Shown: piece after piece, positions 28,899 to 41,561 of the stretch
How the letters are laid out: the number at the start of each line of letters is the position of its first letter
How positions within the stretch are numbered: the first letter of the stretch is position 1
Notes under the pieces: generated by a model
What the model was told of the DNA's origin: nothing
The model's input: only the letters and a program-made list of their open reading frames with translations
Database searches by the model: none
Translations under genes and position numbers: made by a program
NCBI GenBank assembly: GCA_000388065.2
Contig: KB932203.1
Direction: 5' to 3' (one strand)
Source: Fonticula alba ATCC 38817
Taxonomy: Eukaryota > Protista > Nucleariida
DNA: 64,000 nt

Positions 28899-30516
28899 AC
28901 ACGCACTCGCACGACTTTGTTGTCCATACATGCGTGTGTGTGTGCCTGTGCGCGTCGAGCAGTTTGGTGAGCGTGTGTGTGTGCGCGTGTGTCGGCGGAG
29001 TGACAGAGAGAGAAAGAGGCGGGGCGCTAAGATCTCCCTCGCATGTGTATGCCCTCTCCCGATCTCCTCGCCGCTCTGTCCATTTGCCACTGCACGCTCC
29101 CTCTCTCTCTCTCTCTTTCTTTCTCCCTCCCCTCGCACATGACACATCCCCACCCCGACCTTGTATATACAGAGTGACCCCGCGCCCACGCGCGGGGTGA
29201 GGCGCGCCCTGGCGGCGCAGAGGGAGAGAGACACAGGCGAGCCTCTTGTGTGTATGTGTACGCGCGCGTGCATATGCTGGATGAGAGGACCCGCCTCCCT
29301 CCCTCCCTCCCCCCCCCCTCCTCGGCAGCTCTCCTCCCCGGCGCGCGTGTCCGCCCCTCCTCCTCCCCATCTAGGCGCATACCACGTCCAGTTTCAATGA
29401 CGCGCTGCTCCCCTCCCGAGAAAATACAAAAAACACTAGTGAGAGACGACACACATGGCCATGGGGGGGGGGGTATGGCAGGGGGGGGAGGGAGCGTGTA
29501 CTACGCAGACTTCCGGCGGGATGGTGAGAGGGGTGACAAGCCCGGCCGGGCCACGGTGTCTCGCCGGGGTGCGGAAATGGCAGGCAGCCCCAGGCCCGAC
29601 CGAGGGAGACAAAGAGAAGGAGGGGGGGCGGGGCGGGGCGGGGCGGGGCACGCGCGGCGGCGGCGGCAACAACAAATGGGCAAGAAAAACCGGCCGGCGG
29701 ACGAGGTCCGGGGTGGGAGCATGGGATGTCGGCGCGGGGCCTGGCCACATTCTTCGGCCCGGGCACACAGCCGCGAGCGCGGAAGAGAGAAAAGTGGCTG
29801 CCCGCATGTGCAGGGGTGTCGGGCAGGCAGGGAAGAGGACGGCACCGAACGCCGCCGTCGCCGCGGCGTTCGGTGCCCACACGTGAGAGCCGCCGAGGGT
29901 CGCTTTTCATGAAGGGAGCCGCACCTGGGCAAGGCACAAAAGCCAAGGGTCGCCGGATGAAAGTACGGATTGCCATGATGGCCCTTGGACGGGGCCCTCG
30001 CCCGGCGCGGCAACCCTTTCATGGGCCGAAACCCTAGTTTCGATTTTCAGGCGGGAACATTTCGCCCATGATTTGGGCGTCGCCAAATGCGCCAGGATGT
30101 TTCACGCGGGGGGCGCCTTCCCACCGCATGGCTCAGAAGGCGGCCCAAATCTGCCCGTGCGCGCCATGGCGGGGCGAAATTCTGCGCACCATGGCGGGAG
30201 TCTCTTTCCCACGATGGCGCTCCCTGGTGACCTGCCGGCGCAGCGCCACTAACCCCTTGGCAGTCGGGCCGTTGCAAAAAAAGAGGGAAAAAGGAAACGG
30301 TGAGGAGAGCGACCGGGCGCCGGCCGAGCGCCAGCTCCCGCGCGCCACCTTGCTACGGGCCTCCGCCCAAGGCTCTCGGCTACTGCCAGGCTACCGATCT
30401 CCAGCTAACGAATGCTAACGATGTGGGAACGCATGCCCCATGGGGTTGGAGGCGGGGCCGGGCATGCCTTCCGCCGCCCGTTGCCCCCGAGTCGCCAGGA
30501 GGAGGAGGAGAGGGGG

Positions 30517-30675
30517 GTGGACATGCTCCCGGGTGTTCATAACCGGGGCGTGTCTTGGTGCCTGTGTGTGTGTATGTGTGCGGCCAGCGCCCACAGGGCG
30601 GGCAGGCGTCCGCCAGAGCCCGGGAAGCCGGAGAGCCGGCATTGGTATGCCGGGCGTGCACGCCAACGGGAGAGC
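30517..30675 (-). repeat. 159-bp dispersed element, copy 2 (inverted relative to 16362-16520)
   Basis: 156 of 159 positions identical by manual alignment; flanked by a G run and a (GA)n microsatellite. Confidence 0.92.
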
Positions 30676-30678
30676 ACA

Positions 30679-30714
<36 letters not shown>

Positions 30715-32024
30715 GGGGAGCTGGGACCCTTCTCCTTGCTTGGGCTCGGGGTGGACTCCCGTCCGTTCCACGTCCCTCGTCCTTCGCCGGCGTCGCGGGG
30801 GCCGGTTGGCCGGACTGAGGGACATCTCCATCATTCGGCTGCCGGTCCCCCCAGCTGCTGGGCGAGGGGCTGGACTGGCAGACGCGTGGGGCGTGCGCGG
30901 AGGGCCTGCCGGCCGGGCACAACCGACGGCCATGCGGTTCGGGGTGACCTGCCTCGGTCTGGCCGACCATTCGGCGTCCGCATGCCCATGGCGTGCACTG
31001 GACCCGATATGTGGCGACGTGCGCATTGAGCATGCGTGCGCCCCCAAGTGCAGGTGGTACCCCCTGCGCGGTCTAACTCCACCGAAGCGTACACATACAC
31101 GCACACACACACACATACACACACCTGGGCATTCGGCCCCTCCCCGCTGGGGCACCACAGGCGCTGGGCCCTCCTCCAGGGAGCCCGCCCAGGGGAGGAT
31201 GTCCCCCCCCCCCCCCCGCCGCCGGCCCTCGCTCCGGGCGTGTGGCCTCCTCGCGCGTGGGCGCGGGGCACGGGAGCCTGGCCATCATGGAAATCGGCAC
31301 TCCGGGCCGGCGCCCAGGGGTCACCCGCTCTCCCGGGCGAATGGCTCCGGCTCCCGGGGGGTGACTCCGCGAGGGGCCTGCCTGGCTGACGCGCGATTGG
31401 CCGATGTTTCTCGGAGATCCATTGTCCCGAGCCGGCAGCCAAAGCCAGCATGGCCAGGTGCTTGCTTCGAACAAAAAGGAAAAGAGCCCGCCAACAGAGG
31501 CGCCCGACCTTGAACACCGGCGGGGAGAGCCGGCGCCGCAGAGGCGTGAAAGCCTGCCTCGCCGCAACATGCAACCCCGAGCTGCCGGCCGCCGGCAGAG
31601 AGGGAGAGGGCCCCTGGCGGCGCCGGCCGGGGCGCCGGCGCCCAAGCCGACCCTTGGGCGAGTAACCGAAATAACGGTCGGCTGCAGGACGTGCCTCCCG
31701 GGTGTCGGTCCATTCCGCGCCTCCCGGCCGATGGACACCTGAGCAGGGGAAGGAGTGTCATGGGCGTGCGTCCCGGCCACGATGCCCCGGGCATTGTGGG
31801 GCCTGCCTCGGTCCCCCTGGGGTCCGGTCCTGGGAGACCTTCAGGGACATCGGGACGCGCGACCGTATGTCCATGGACCCGTGTGCCTGTGTGTATGTGG
31901 GGAGAGGGGGGGGGGCGCATGGCTGCGCAGCCCTGCGTGTTGGTAAATGTGCGTATGCACACGGAGGCGCGCAAAGGCGCATGCAAGGACACACACACAC
32001 ATCGGCCTGCCCCGCTCTGGCTGC

Positions 32025-32594
32025 NNNNNNNNNNNNNNNNNNNNNNNNNNNNNNNNNNNNNNNNNNNNNNNNNNNNNNNNNNNNNNNNNNNNNNNNNNNN
32101 NNNNNNNNNNNNNNNNNNNNNNNNNNNNNNNNNNNNNNNNNNNNNNNNNNNNNNNNNNNNNNNNNNNNNNNNNNNNNNNNNNNNNNNNNNNNNNNNNNNN
32201 NNNNNNNNNNNNNNNNNNNNNNNNNNNNNNNNNNNNNNNNNNNNNNNNNNNNNNNNNNNNNNNNNNNNNNNNNNNNNNNNNNNNNNNNNNNNNNNNNNNN
32301 NNNNNNNNNNNNNNNNNNNNNNNNNNNNNNNNNNNNNNNNNNNNNNNNNNNNNNNNNNNNNNNNNNNNNNNNNNNNNNNNNNNNNNNNNNNNNNNNNNNN
32401 NNNNNNNNNNNNNNNNNNNNNNNNNNNNNNNNNNNNNNNNNNNNNNNNNNNNNNNNNNNNNNNNNNNNNNNNNNNNNNNNNNNNNNNNNNNNNNNNNNNN
32501 NNNNNNNNNNNNNNNNNNNNNNNNNNNNNNNNNNNNNNNNNNNNNNNNNNNNNNNNNNNNNNNNNNNNNNNNNNNNNNNNNNNNNNNNNNNNNN
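32025..32594. other. Assembly gap (570 N)
   Basis: N run. Confidence 1.
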
Positions 32595-33705
32595 GCACCG
32601 GAAAAAGCCCCGCCCCTGCCCCCCCCTCCCCCCTCCGTCCCTCGCCGCGGGGCCGCCACCCTCGTTCGTCGGCGTGCCTGCACACAGTCGTCAGGAGACC
32701 CCCCTCCTCCCCCGGCCTTTTGGGGAGGGGGGGGTCTGTCCTGCGCCCTGTTCTTCCTCACACCCACCCGCAAATGCTCCCCCCCAGCAGGCACACAACA
32801 CAGGGAGGCCGCCCACGAGCCGGGGGTGAGAGTGCCGCTATGGAAGAAAAAAGATAGTATTTAGTAGTTTACAGGGGGGAGGAGGGAGGGTCGCGCACGC
32901 ACAGAAAGGCACTGGCTGTGAAGAGAGGAGGAGGAGGTAGGGGGGAGAGGGAGGGAAGAAAGAGGAGGGAGACAAGGACAATGGACACCTCCACCGGCCG
33001 GCTGGGAGGAGAGGAGAGGGGAGGGAGAGAGGATGGCTCGGTGTGAATGTGAAGGAAGATCCCCGACCAGGGGGAGGCATGCACGCTGCAGGGAGGGGAG
33101 GAGGAGACAGAGGAGAGGGGGAGTGCATGACCGGGAAGGGGAACGGGACAGAGGGGGGAGGGGGGGGGGGAGAGACAGCAGCAGGCAAGGGGACACACGA
33201 GTCCAGGGGGTGGGGAGAGGAGGGCGCAGGTGGCGGTTGGCGGCGTATGCGCCGCAAAAGGGGAGAAGGGAGACGCAGCAAGCCCAGCCCACCGACGCCG
33301 GGCACATCACACATGCAACGCAGGAGTGATGGACGAGGGACGGGGGGGCGGGGAGGGGGGGACGCGATGAAGCACAGCGCCAGCGCGCGGTCTACTGTCA
33401 ACCGCGTGTGCTCGCGATGAGCGTGTGCAAGCACCACAGCAAGGAGAAGAGAGGACGGCGGAGTCGCGCCGAGGGGGGGGGGAGATAGATGTGAGGGCAC
33501 ATGCTGTGTCCACACTCTGCGCCTCCTGGATCGAGAGGGGGGAATCCCCTTGCCGTCTCGAGGCATCCGGCGATGCCCACACACACCCAGACACACGCGC
33601 ACATGCACCGACCGACAACACAGCACGCAGGGGAGGGGGGGTGGGCGGGGGGAGGAGAAAGAGACAGGGAAGGAGAGGGGGGGGAGGCCGGCCGAGGAAC
33701 TTCGC

Positions 33706-35128
33706 TTAGGCATAGTTCTCGCGGATGTGCTTCTCGACGAAGAGCGACGCGCGGAGGTGACGAGCCGAGGCATACTTCTTGTAGGCGGCCTTGTTGCGGT
33801 CGGCGTTGGCCGGGTTGCCGGGGGCGGTGAGGAGGGTGGTCGAGCGGAGGACCCCGACCAGGGCGTTGACACAGGCGCGAAGCGACGCCTCATCATAGCG
33901 CGAGTAGTAGGTCAGGGCCGCGTCCCAGTGGGGAGTGCGGTTGAGCATGCGCCGGGAGAGGAGGGCCGAGGCGGCGGCCTGGACCGAGGGCGAGAAGGGC
34001 ATCATCTGCTCGGCCATGAGGGCCACCTCCAGGAGGTACTTGCCGACGGTGCGGGTCTGAATGTCATAGTTCTCGGTCTTGCTGATGCGACGGAGGAAGG
34101 TCATGGGGGAGGGGAAGCCGAACTTGAAGTGCAGCGCGCGCAGGATGTTGCGCTCCATCTGGATGATGTCGCCGGCCTCGTAGAAGTTGTCGGCCACCTG
34201 GGCCCACTCCTCCACCAGGGGAACGGAGATCTCCTCGAACTTGGTGGCCAGCAGGAGGGAAGTCAGGCCGACCAGCTGGAACTGGTGCCGGGGAACCGGC
34301 ATCTCGGCCACCGACATGTACCGGTCCATGATGTTGACCGCCAGGAAGAGGGTCTCCTGGACCAGCTTGTAACGCCAGTGGACCTCGACCAGCCAGTTGA
34401 CCAGGGTCGCCCGGTGGGACCAGTTGATCTCCGGGTGCTTGGCCATGTAGGAAATGTCCGGCTGGAACTCCGCCTCCACGCTGTGCATGTAAACCATGAT
34501 CTCCCAGACATAATCCGGGGCCGACTGGGGGTCATGCGCGTCCGAGGCGTCGATGTCGATGACACCCTCCGGCCGGGGGGGAACAATGATGCCATTGGAG
34601 AAGGGCGGCTCCGCGGGGCCGGCGGCACCGGGGGTGGGAGTCTCCCCCTCGCCGAAGAGGGCCTCGTCCATCATGTGGTGGTGCGAATCGCCGTCCACCA
34701 GCATCATGGTCGCGTCGCCGGCGTCCTCGGTCTTGGCCGGCTTCACCAGACCGGAGGAGGTGCGCTTGGCGCGGGTCGACTCGGGGATGTTCTGCAGGGG
34801 GAGCCGGCGAGAGGGCGAAGGATTGGGGGGGGGGCAAGGGTGAGGATGAGGGCGAGAAAGAGAGAGAGAGAGTGTGTGTGTGCGCGCGCGCGCGCGGGCC
34901 GCCAGGAAGAGCATCGTGAGAGGAAGGACGGGTCAAAGACCCCGCCAGCAGAGGGAGAGAGAGAGAGAGAGGGCGGGCGGGAGAGCGTACCTTGTTGCCG
35001 GAGAGAATGGAGAGGGCAGAGCGACGCCCGGCGGCCGCGGAGGCGGGGGCAACCGCGGCGGGGGCCTGCTTGCCAGCGGCGGCCATGGCCGCGTCGACGC
35101 TGGGGTTCTCGTCGCCGGTAGCCTGCAT
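33706..35128 (-). CDS. CCNB: G2/mitotic B-type cyclin (Cdc13/Clb/CCNB-like), about 407 aa
   Basis: Exons 35128-34991 and 34791-33706 (1224 nt). D-box-like RSALSILSGN. Cyclin box HRATLVNWLVEVHWRYKLVQETLFLAVNIMDRYMS. Fission-yeast-like FPSPMTFLRRISKTENYDIQTRTVGKYL and YKKYAS...ASLFV. Confidence 0.95.
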
Positions 35129-35590
35129 CGCGCGCACAGGGGAGAGGCGGAGAGGGGCAGGGAGGAGGTGAGCGGGGAGGGGGACAGAGAAAGAGGGAGA
35201 AGGCACAAGAAGAGCCGAGCAGGCGGCTGAGGGAGGAAGCGACGAAGAGGATGGCGGCGTACAAGGCGGTGGAGCATGGTGGCAAAAGCTAAAAAGGGGG
35301 AGGCTGGGAGGTTATGGCCTAATGTGGCCGGGAGGAGGGGGGCAGAGGGGGAGAGGAGGTCAGTCATCTGTGCGTAATGGGGGTGGAGGAGGCTTCCGGG
35401 CGAGAAGAACGGCAAAGAGGGCGGGAGAAACAATGAAGACACCACTGTGGGAGGGTATATGTACAGGAAAGAGCCGGGAAGGGACGGAGGGAGCAGCGGC
35501 GAAGGCAGCAGCAGTAGTGGCGGCGGGGAGGAGGAGGAAGGGTAGAGGACACAAGAAGGTGTTCCAACGCGCCTGGCTCGACGAGCGAAG

Positions 35591-36107
35591 CCGTTGCTTT
35601 TGACCCCCCCCCCCNNNNNNNNNNNNNNNNNNNNNNNNNNNNNNNNNNNNNNNNNNNNNNNNNNNNNNNNNNNNNNNNNNNNNNNNNNNNNNNNNNNNNN
35701 NNNNNNNNNNNNNNNNNNNNNNNNNNNNNNNNNNNNNNNNNNNNNNNNNNNNNNNNNNNNNNNNNNNNNNNNNNNNNNNNNNNNNNNNNNNNNNNNNNNN
35801 NNNNNNNGGGGCAATTGCGGGTGTTCTGCCAGTTTCGACCGTTGCCCGGCCCCAGCCGGGGGGGGGGGGGAATGGTCAACTGGGCCCGATGGCTGGCCCC
35901 TGCGCCGGGCGGGGGGGGTAATCGCCCGGCCATCCCCGGCACCCCGGCCTGGCCGGAGGGGGGGGGGGGGCCTGCCACCATCGCAGGCAAAGGGGACTGG
36001 CGGCCTGGAGCGTCCCGAGGGCCATAGGGGGCGGGGGGGCGGGGGGGGAGGTGTTGTCACAGGCCCCCGGCGCTAGACCAGCCTTCCTGACCGGGGCGCA
36101 GTAACGG
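35591..36107. promoter_or_regulatory. Cluster of four Myb/MSA-type YAACKG motifs upstream of cyclin B
   Basis: CCGTTG at 35591 and 35839, CAACTG at 35877 and TAACGG at 36102, which is 0.46-0.98 kb upstream of the ATG. The cluster spans a gap. Function is inferred only. Confidence 0.4.
35615..35807. other. Assembly gap (193 N)
   Basis: N run, with a C run on the left. Confidence 1.
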
Positions 36108-37371
36108 CGGGATCCTTTTGTCCTTTCTTTTTTTTGCACCCCGGGGCCGGGGCTGTGCGGACTGTTACTTTTCGGCGTGCCGCCCTGTGAGCAGGCGCAT
36201 GTGCTCTCACGCGTGCAAGCCCCCCGCCGGACAGCACGCTCGGCACCAGGTCGCCGCGGCATGGGCCCCGGGCGCCGGAACAAAATACAAAGACCACACC
36301 GGCCGGACACCGGGCCCAGATGTGAGGGTGCACCTGCCGGGACACAGCCGGGCGAGAGTGTGTCGCACCACGGGGTCGACCTTGCACATTATTTGGGTCC
36401 GGCCCGGCTCCTGGCATGGGTGGTGGTGCGAGCAGAAAAGGCCCGAGGTCTCTGGCAACCAGGGCGCCCGAGGAGGCTGGAAGATGCAAATGAGCGGACC
36501 CGAGGGCCGGAGCACGGGACCCGAGGGGCAAGGCCGGGGCGGAATCCGCGCGTCCGTACGCCGGCCGGAGCAAGACCCAAAGGCGAGGCCCCCACGGGTG
36601 GAGATGGGCGAAATTGCGCACTTCATCGCACGCCCTCCCGGGGGGGGGAGTAGGGCGGGAAGGGGGTCATGGTCCGTCCACCGACCGAGCCAGCAACAAA
36701 GGCGTGCCCTTGTGGGCGGGCATGCTCTCTGCAGACGAGGTAGGCGCGCTGGTAATGCACCTGCAGCTCGCGCAGCGGCGGATAGGGGGCGGGCCGGGCG
36801 GGGGGCACGATAGAAAAAATAACAACGTGCCGGCGTGTGTCCCCGCTGCCTTTTAGAGGCAGCTGCACCGGCGCCGGGCTGCCCCCCTCGCTCGTCCCAG
36901 AGCCCAGGGAGCACGTTCAGACACTCGCGGTGTTGGCGTGAAAAGGGGCCCCAGGCTCGAGGAACGAAGTGCGCCCGAGACGCGCCCGGCGCAGGCGTTG
37001 TGGCTGGGGCACGAGGGGAGAAGGCGAGCACCGCCGCCCCCCTGGCCGCCGGCCGTGTGGACATGTGGCTCGCCGCCACGGTCGGGGAAGCCAACACAGA
37101 CACTTATATATATATACACCGACCCAGTTCGAGCCGGTACCACCCCCCAGCCCTGCAGCCCCTGGCAGCCGGTCCCGGAGCCGTAACGCTCAAATGGCCG
37201 GGGGCGGGGGCGGGGGCGGGGGGGGGGGTGCACCTGTTTGAGTATATCTGCATGGGCCCCCAAGGCTCTCGCCCACACCTGCCCCCGCACTGATGCTCGT
37301 CCGCCTGCCCCCGGGTCTCGCTCTCTCGCCCCCTCTCGCTTTGTCTTGCTCGGTCTGGCTCTGTCTCGCCC

Positions 37372-37372
<1 letters not shown>

Positions 37373-37410
<38 letters not shown>
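37373..37410 (+). repeat. (GCT)12 trinucleotide repeat, apparently intergenic
   Basis: Directly visible; not inside any gene I could support. Confidence 0.85.
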
Positions 37411-37411
<1 letters not shown>

Positions 37412-39749
37412 CTCGGCGCGCGCACCGCATGTAGACCTTTGGGTCAACTGCTAACCTGGCAAGGAAAGGTAAGAATGCGTGGTACGGCATTCACTGGATA
37501 CCGTTACTCAGGTGGAATTCACCGGTGGGGGGTTGGCGCGTTCATCCCCTGGCTCGGAGTGTCGTCGTCGCCGCCGCGGCCGTCATACATGCCCTTGGTC
37601 AAGGGGGAAGATGCCTCTGGCAAGAGTGCCCCATGGGACGTGGGGCCGCGAGACCGGAAGACACGAAGCCCCGAGCTGGCCGCGACGCGAGGGCTCGGGG
37701 CCCGGGGCCGAGGGGGGGGGGGGGGGGCCCCTTCCGGGCCGGGGGGGGGCGGGGCCCCCCGCCCCCCGCGCGGAGGGAGGGGTAAAAATGAACCCCCCCC
37801 CCCCCCCCCGGCCCTGCTTGCTCCCCCAGCGAAGCACCGGGAGAGGGGGGGGGGCGGGGGAAGAGAAAATCGACACACGCAGAGAGACTCCTCGGGGCAT
37901 GTTACCAGGATGCGTTGGCCCGGCCGGCCGCCCGCTCCTGCGAGCCCGCGCGGCAGACCGGCTCACCGGCACACCGGCACCAGCACGGCCATGAAATTGG
38001 ACAAATGGCCGAGCAGAGACCCGGCCAAGGGAGAATGGGCCTCCCTATTCAGGTCTCCCTATCCTGAAAACGGCCACCTGCGCCCGGGGGCGTGCGCTCG
38101 CGGAGCCGAACGGGGTGCCCATAACACCACCGCCCGGCGGAGGGGGCGCCGGTTCCCGCCCCCGCCCGCGCCCCACGGTCGCCCTTTCCGCTTGGCGGGG
38201 CAGTGGGGAACCCATTCGGCCGGGAGATTTAGGGTCAGGTATGATTTTCGGGATTAACCCTACACTTCCGCGGAAGGGCGCGCCCGGACCGCCGGGACTG
38301 AGGAACTTCATGCGCGCGCGCGCGGGTGTGGGTGTGTGGGCAGCAGGAGCCCCGCCGTCCGAGTGCGGGATCGATCTCCCGAGGTAGCTGCGGAGGTGGG
38401 CAGGTGCCACAAGGTGCGGAGAACTAAGGCCAACGGGCGACAGATCAAGGGGCGGTGCGGGGGGGGGGGGGGGGGGCCGGGAAGATGCGACCACACGCCG
38501 GTGCATGTGCGTGCCCCGCCGCTGATGGCATCATACACGGCCGGGGGGCCCGCCATCGGCAGCCACGCGCAATCTGCGGCCTGCCGCCCCGGTCCAAGCC
38601 ATTGGAGGTGCGGGCGCGCGCTTGCGGGGGGCCGCATGCCCACATTGGGCACCGGTAAGAGCGACACAAAACGGCCAGGTGAACGGCATCACAACCTTCC
38701 CCGCAACTGCGTGCTTCTTGCCGAGGCACGACGCACCGCGCGCCGGGAGCGCATACGCCACCCTCACCGACACCACCGCAGGAGAACGAGGCCCGCATGC
38801 CCGGGGCCCTCGGGCGAACCGCCCCCCATGTCCGGGCCGGCAAGAAGGCCGCAGAGGTGTGCGGTCCATATCGCGCTCACCGCCACACGCAGACAAGGGC
38901 ACGGCGGCGCCCAATCCGCGCGCGCACGATATACCACTTGATCGGACCCCCGGCAACAGGGGGACGATCGCTCGAGGGCATGCCTTTCCCGGCCTAGGGG
39001 TGGATTCGCGGCCCAACAAGCCCTTCCCCCAAATATCCCCCCCAGCCTGACTCATTAGTCACTGATCGCCGGTCTCCTGGACACCACAGGCGGGAAGGGC
39101 ACGGGAGAGAGAGACAGTGAGAACGAGCCCCCGGCCGGGATCCTGATCCCGGACACCTTCGGGAGTGGGCGAAGAGTGGCTCATTCTCAAGCGGACGGGG
39201 GCCCCCTAGTGTCTAGAATTGAAGCCAGGCCCCCGCCCCCCCCCCCTGAGACCGACCCCGATCGGCGGGAGCCTCACCTCCTCTCCCCTCCCTGCGCGGG
39301 ATCTGCGCAAACTTAGGATGCCTGCAGCCCAAACGGGCCATAACCGCCTCGGCCGAATGGTCGACACCGGGGCCAACCGAAAGTGGCTGTGTACTTGGCC
39401 GGCAATCCACAACAGGCCCTGGCAGCCGGAAATAAGCAGCATGCAGGGGAGTGCAGCAGCCTCAAACGGACGGGCCAATCATCAGGCACCCGGTCCCACG
39501 ACCGGGCCCTTCGCCACATCCTACGCCATAACAAGCATGCGTAGGACATGCACATGTGCGGATTGCTCGCCCGGCTCACATTGGCCGGTCGGATCTCCTC
39601 CGGCGCCGACTGCGCCCCCATGGGCCCACGATCATGGGTCAACTCGTGCATAGGAACATGTTCGCGCGCGGACACACCTCCACACAAACAATGTATCTCG
39701 CCGACAAACTCGGCGCGAGAGGGCGAGGGAGGGAGCGAGAGAGGCGGGG

Positions 39750-39752
<3 letters not shown>

Positions 39753-39796
<44 letters not shown>

Positions 39797-39808
39797 GGGG
39801 GGGGGGGG
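39753..39808 (+). repeat. G43-A-G12 tract
   Basis: Directly visible. Confidence 0.85.
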
Positions 39809-40229
39809 CGGCTGGGCAGAGAGAAGGCAAGCATGAGTGCCCACTTGCTCCGGGCGATCCCCCGGCCCAAGGTGCCTCCCTGTCGGGCGAGAGAACATCG
39901 CGAGCTGGGCATCCCGGCGGATGCTCCCGATTGTGCGCCGACCTGCCGCCCGGCCTCGGGCATCTGCGCCCTTGCCTTTTCGCCTCCTCCTGCCTCCAGG
40001 GCCTTCGCACGAGTGGATTACCCCCACAGCCTGGGACACGGGCACACGGACAGGCACCACCAAACACCCGGCGAAGGGCACGGCGACCGCTCGTGTTGTG
40101 CCCCTGTTGGATGGCCCGATTGCCCGCCTCGCCTTTCCTTCCCCCTCCACCCTGGGCCTCGCACAGTATCTCCCTACTGATCGCCCCCCCAACAACCCCA
40201 TGGCCTTGTGTTCAAGAAAGAGTGTGTGT

Positions 40230-40256
40230 GGGTGTGGGTGTGGGTGTGGGTGTGGG
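40230..40256 (+). repeat. (GGGTGT)n with five G3 tracts; canonical G-quadruplex motif
   Basis: GGG at 40230, 40236, 40242, 40248 and 40254, with TGT loops. Confidence 0.8.
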
Positions 40257-40565
40257 TGAGAGAGAGAGAGAGAGAGGGGGGGGGGAGTGATTTTTATGAT
40301 CTCCCACACGGCCCCCTCCCTCGGGTGAGGGAGGCTCTCGCGTGGAGCCATCCAATAGGACTTCGCCCTGCTCGAAAGGAGCTCGCCCGGTCGGGGCAAA
40401 ATGTATGGCTGCCGTTACTTCGACCAAAATAATGACCCTGCGAGTGAGGCTGGCCATTATTCTGGCCCGCCGGATGGACATCACCCAATACGCTGTCCTG
40501 CCCGGGTCGCGCAGACTTCGCTCGTACCTCGGCAATCCCTCACCCCTGGCCTGCGCCCCCCCCCC

Positions 40566-40998
40566 NNNNNNNNNNNNNNNNNNNNNNNNNNNNNNNNNNN
40601 NNNNNNNNNNNNNNNNNNNNNNNNNNNNNNNNNNNNNNNNNNNNNNNNNNNNNNNNNNNNNNNNNNNNNNNNNNNNNNNNNNNNNNNNNNNNNNNNNNNN
40701 NNNNNNNNNNNNNNNNNNNNNNNNNNNNNNNNNNNNNNNNNNNNNNNNNNNNNNNNNNNNNNNNNNNNNNNNNNNNNNNNNNNNNNNNNNNNNNNNNNNN
40801 NNNNNNNNNNNNNNNNNNNNNNNNNNNNNNNNNNNNNNNNNNNNNNNNNNNNNNNNNNNNNNNNNNNNNNNNNNNNNNNNNNNNNNNNNNNNNNNNNNNN
40901 NNNNNNNNNNNNNNNNNNNNNNNNNNNNNNNNNNNNNNNNNNNNNNNNNNNNNNNNNNNNNNNNNNNNNNNNNNNNNNNNNNNNNNNNNNNNNNNNNN
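40566..40998. other. Assembly gap (433 N)
   Basis: N run, with a C run on the left. Confidence 1.
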
Positions 40999-41561
40999 CA
41001 CGGCCTCACAACGGTGGGCCTCCCCATCGAGAGAGAGAGAGAGAGAGAGGTCCTTGGAAAGGCGGCTCCTGGCCGAATAGGCGGCCGTGTCAGGCTGGCG
41101 CCGCTACATGTGAGAAAACACTCCCACAGCCTGCGTGGCTACAGAGGGGGAAGGCCGGCAGCGAGGAGCATGGAGGAAGGGCGCGCCGAGCAAAGAGGTC
41201 ATGGCACACAACAGCCGGTCCCAAGATGCGCCGCGTATCATACTACCGTTGGGAGGGGGAATTTTGACGTTGTATATTGTCGATGGGGGGGGGGAGGAGA
41301 AAGGAGGGAGGGGCCACATGGGAAACGGGCAGCAAGAAGGTAAAATAACAGCAAGGGGAGAGGGAACAGGCCCAACAAAGAGGGTGGCTCAGAAGCACTC
41401 GCTTCACTCCACCCCCAGCCCCTGCCATGAGCTTGGGCGAAAGGGCAGGGAAGCAAGGGCCGAGGGCGCGGGAGGAGGGGGCTGCCACCACCACTAAGTG
41501 GGACTCTCCCCCTCCCCTGCACAGACACGCACACACGCGTGCGCGCGCGCGCGCGCGCCAA

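Noticed and set aside
30029-30036. AAACCCTA telo-box/telomere-like motif
   Set aside because: A single copy, so it is neither a telomeric array nor statistically meaningful.
31321-32864. Long ORFs spanning N runs (also 34933-36060, 40342-41343, 47097-48645 and 53635-54398)
   Set aside because: Artefacts of translating through assembly gaps.
33550-35121. 523-aa + strand ORF
   Set aside because: Antisense shadow of cyclin B.
37104-37490. 128-aa - strand poly-Q ORF over the (GCT)12 repeat, and a nearby GTTCGAGCC tRNA T-loop-like motif
   Set aside because: No domain or genome-typical splice support for the ORF; no D-arm or acceptor stem for a tRNA.
39357-39390. MVDTGA retropepsin-like motif
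   Set aside because: A short motif easily produced by chance in GC-rich DNA, with no gag, RT or LTR context.
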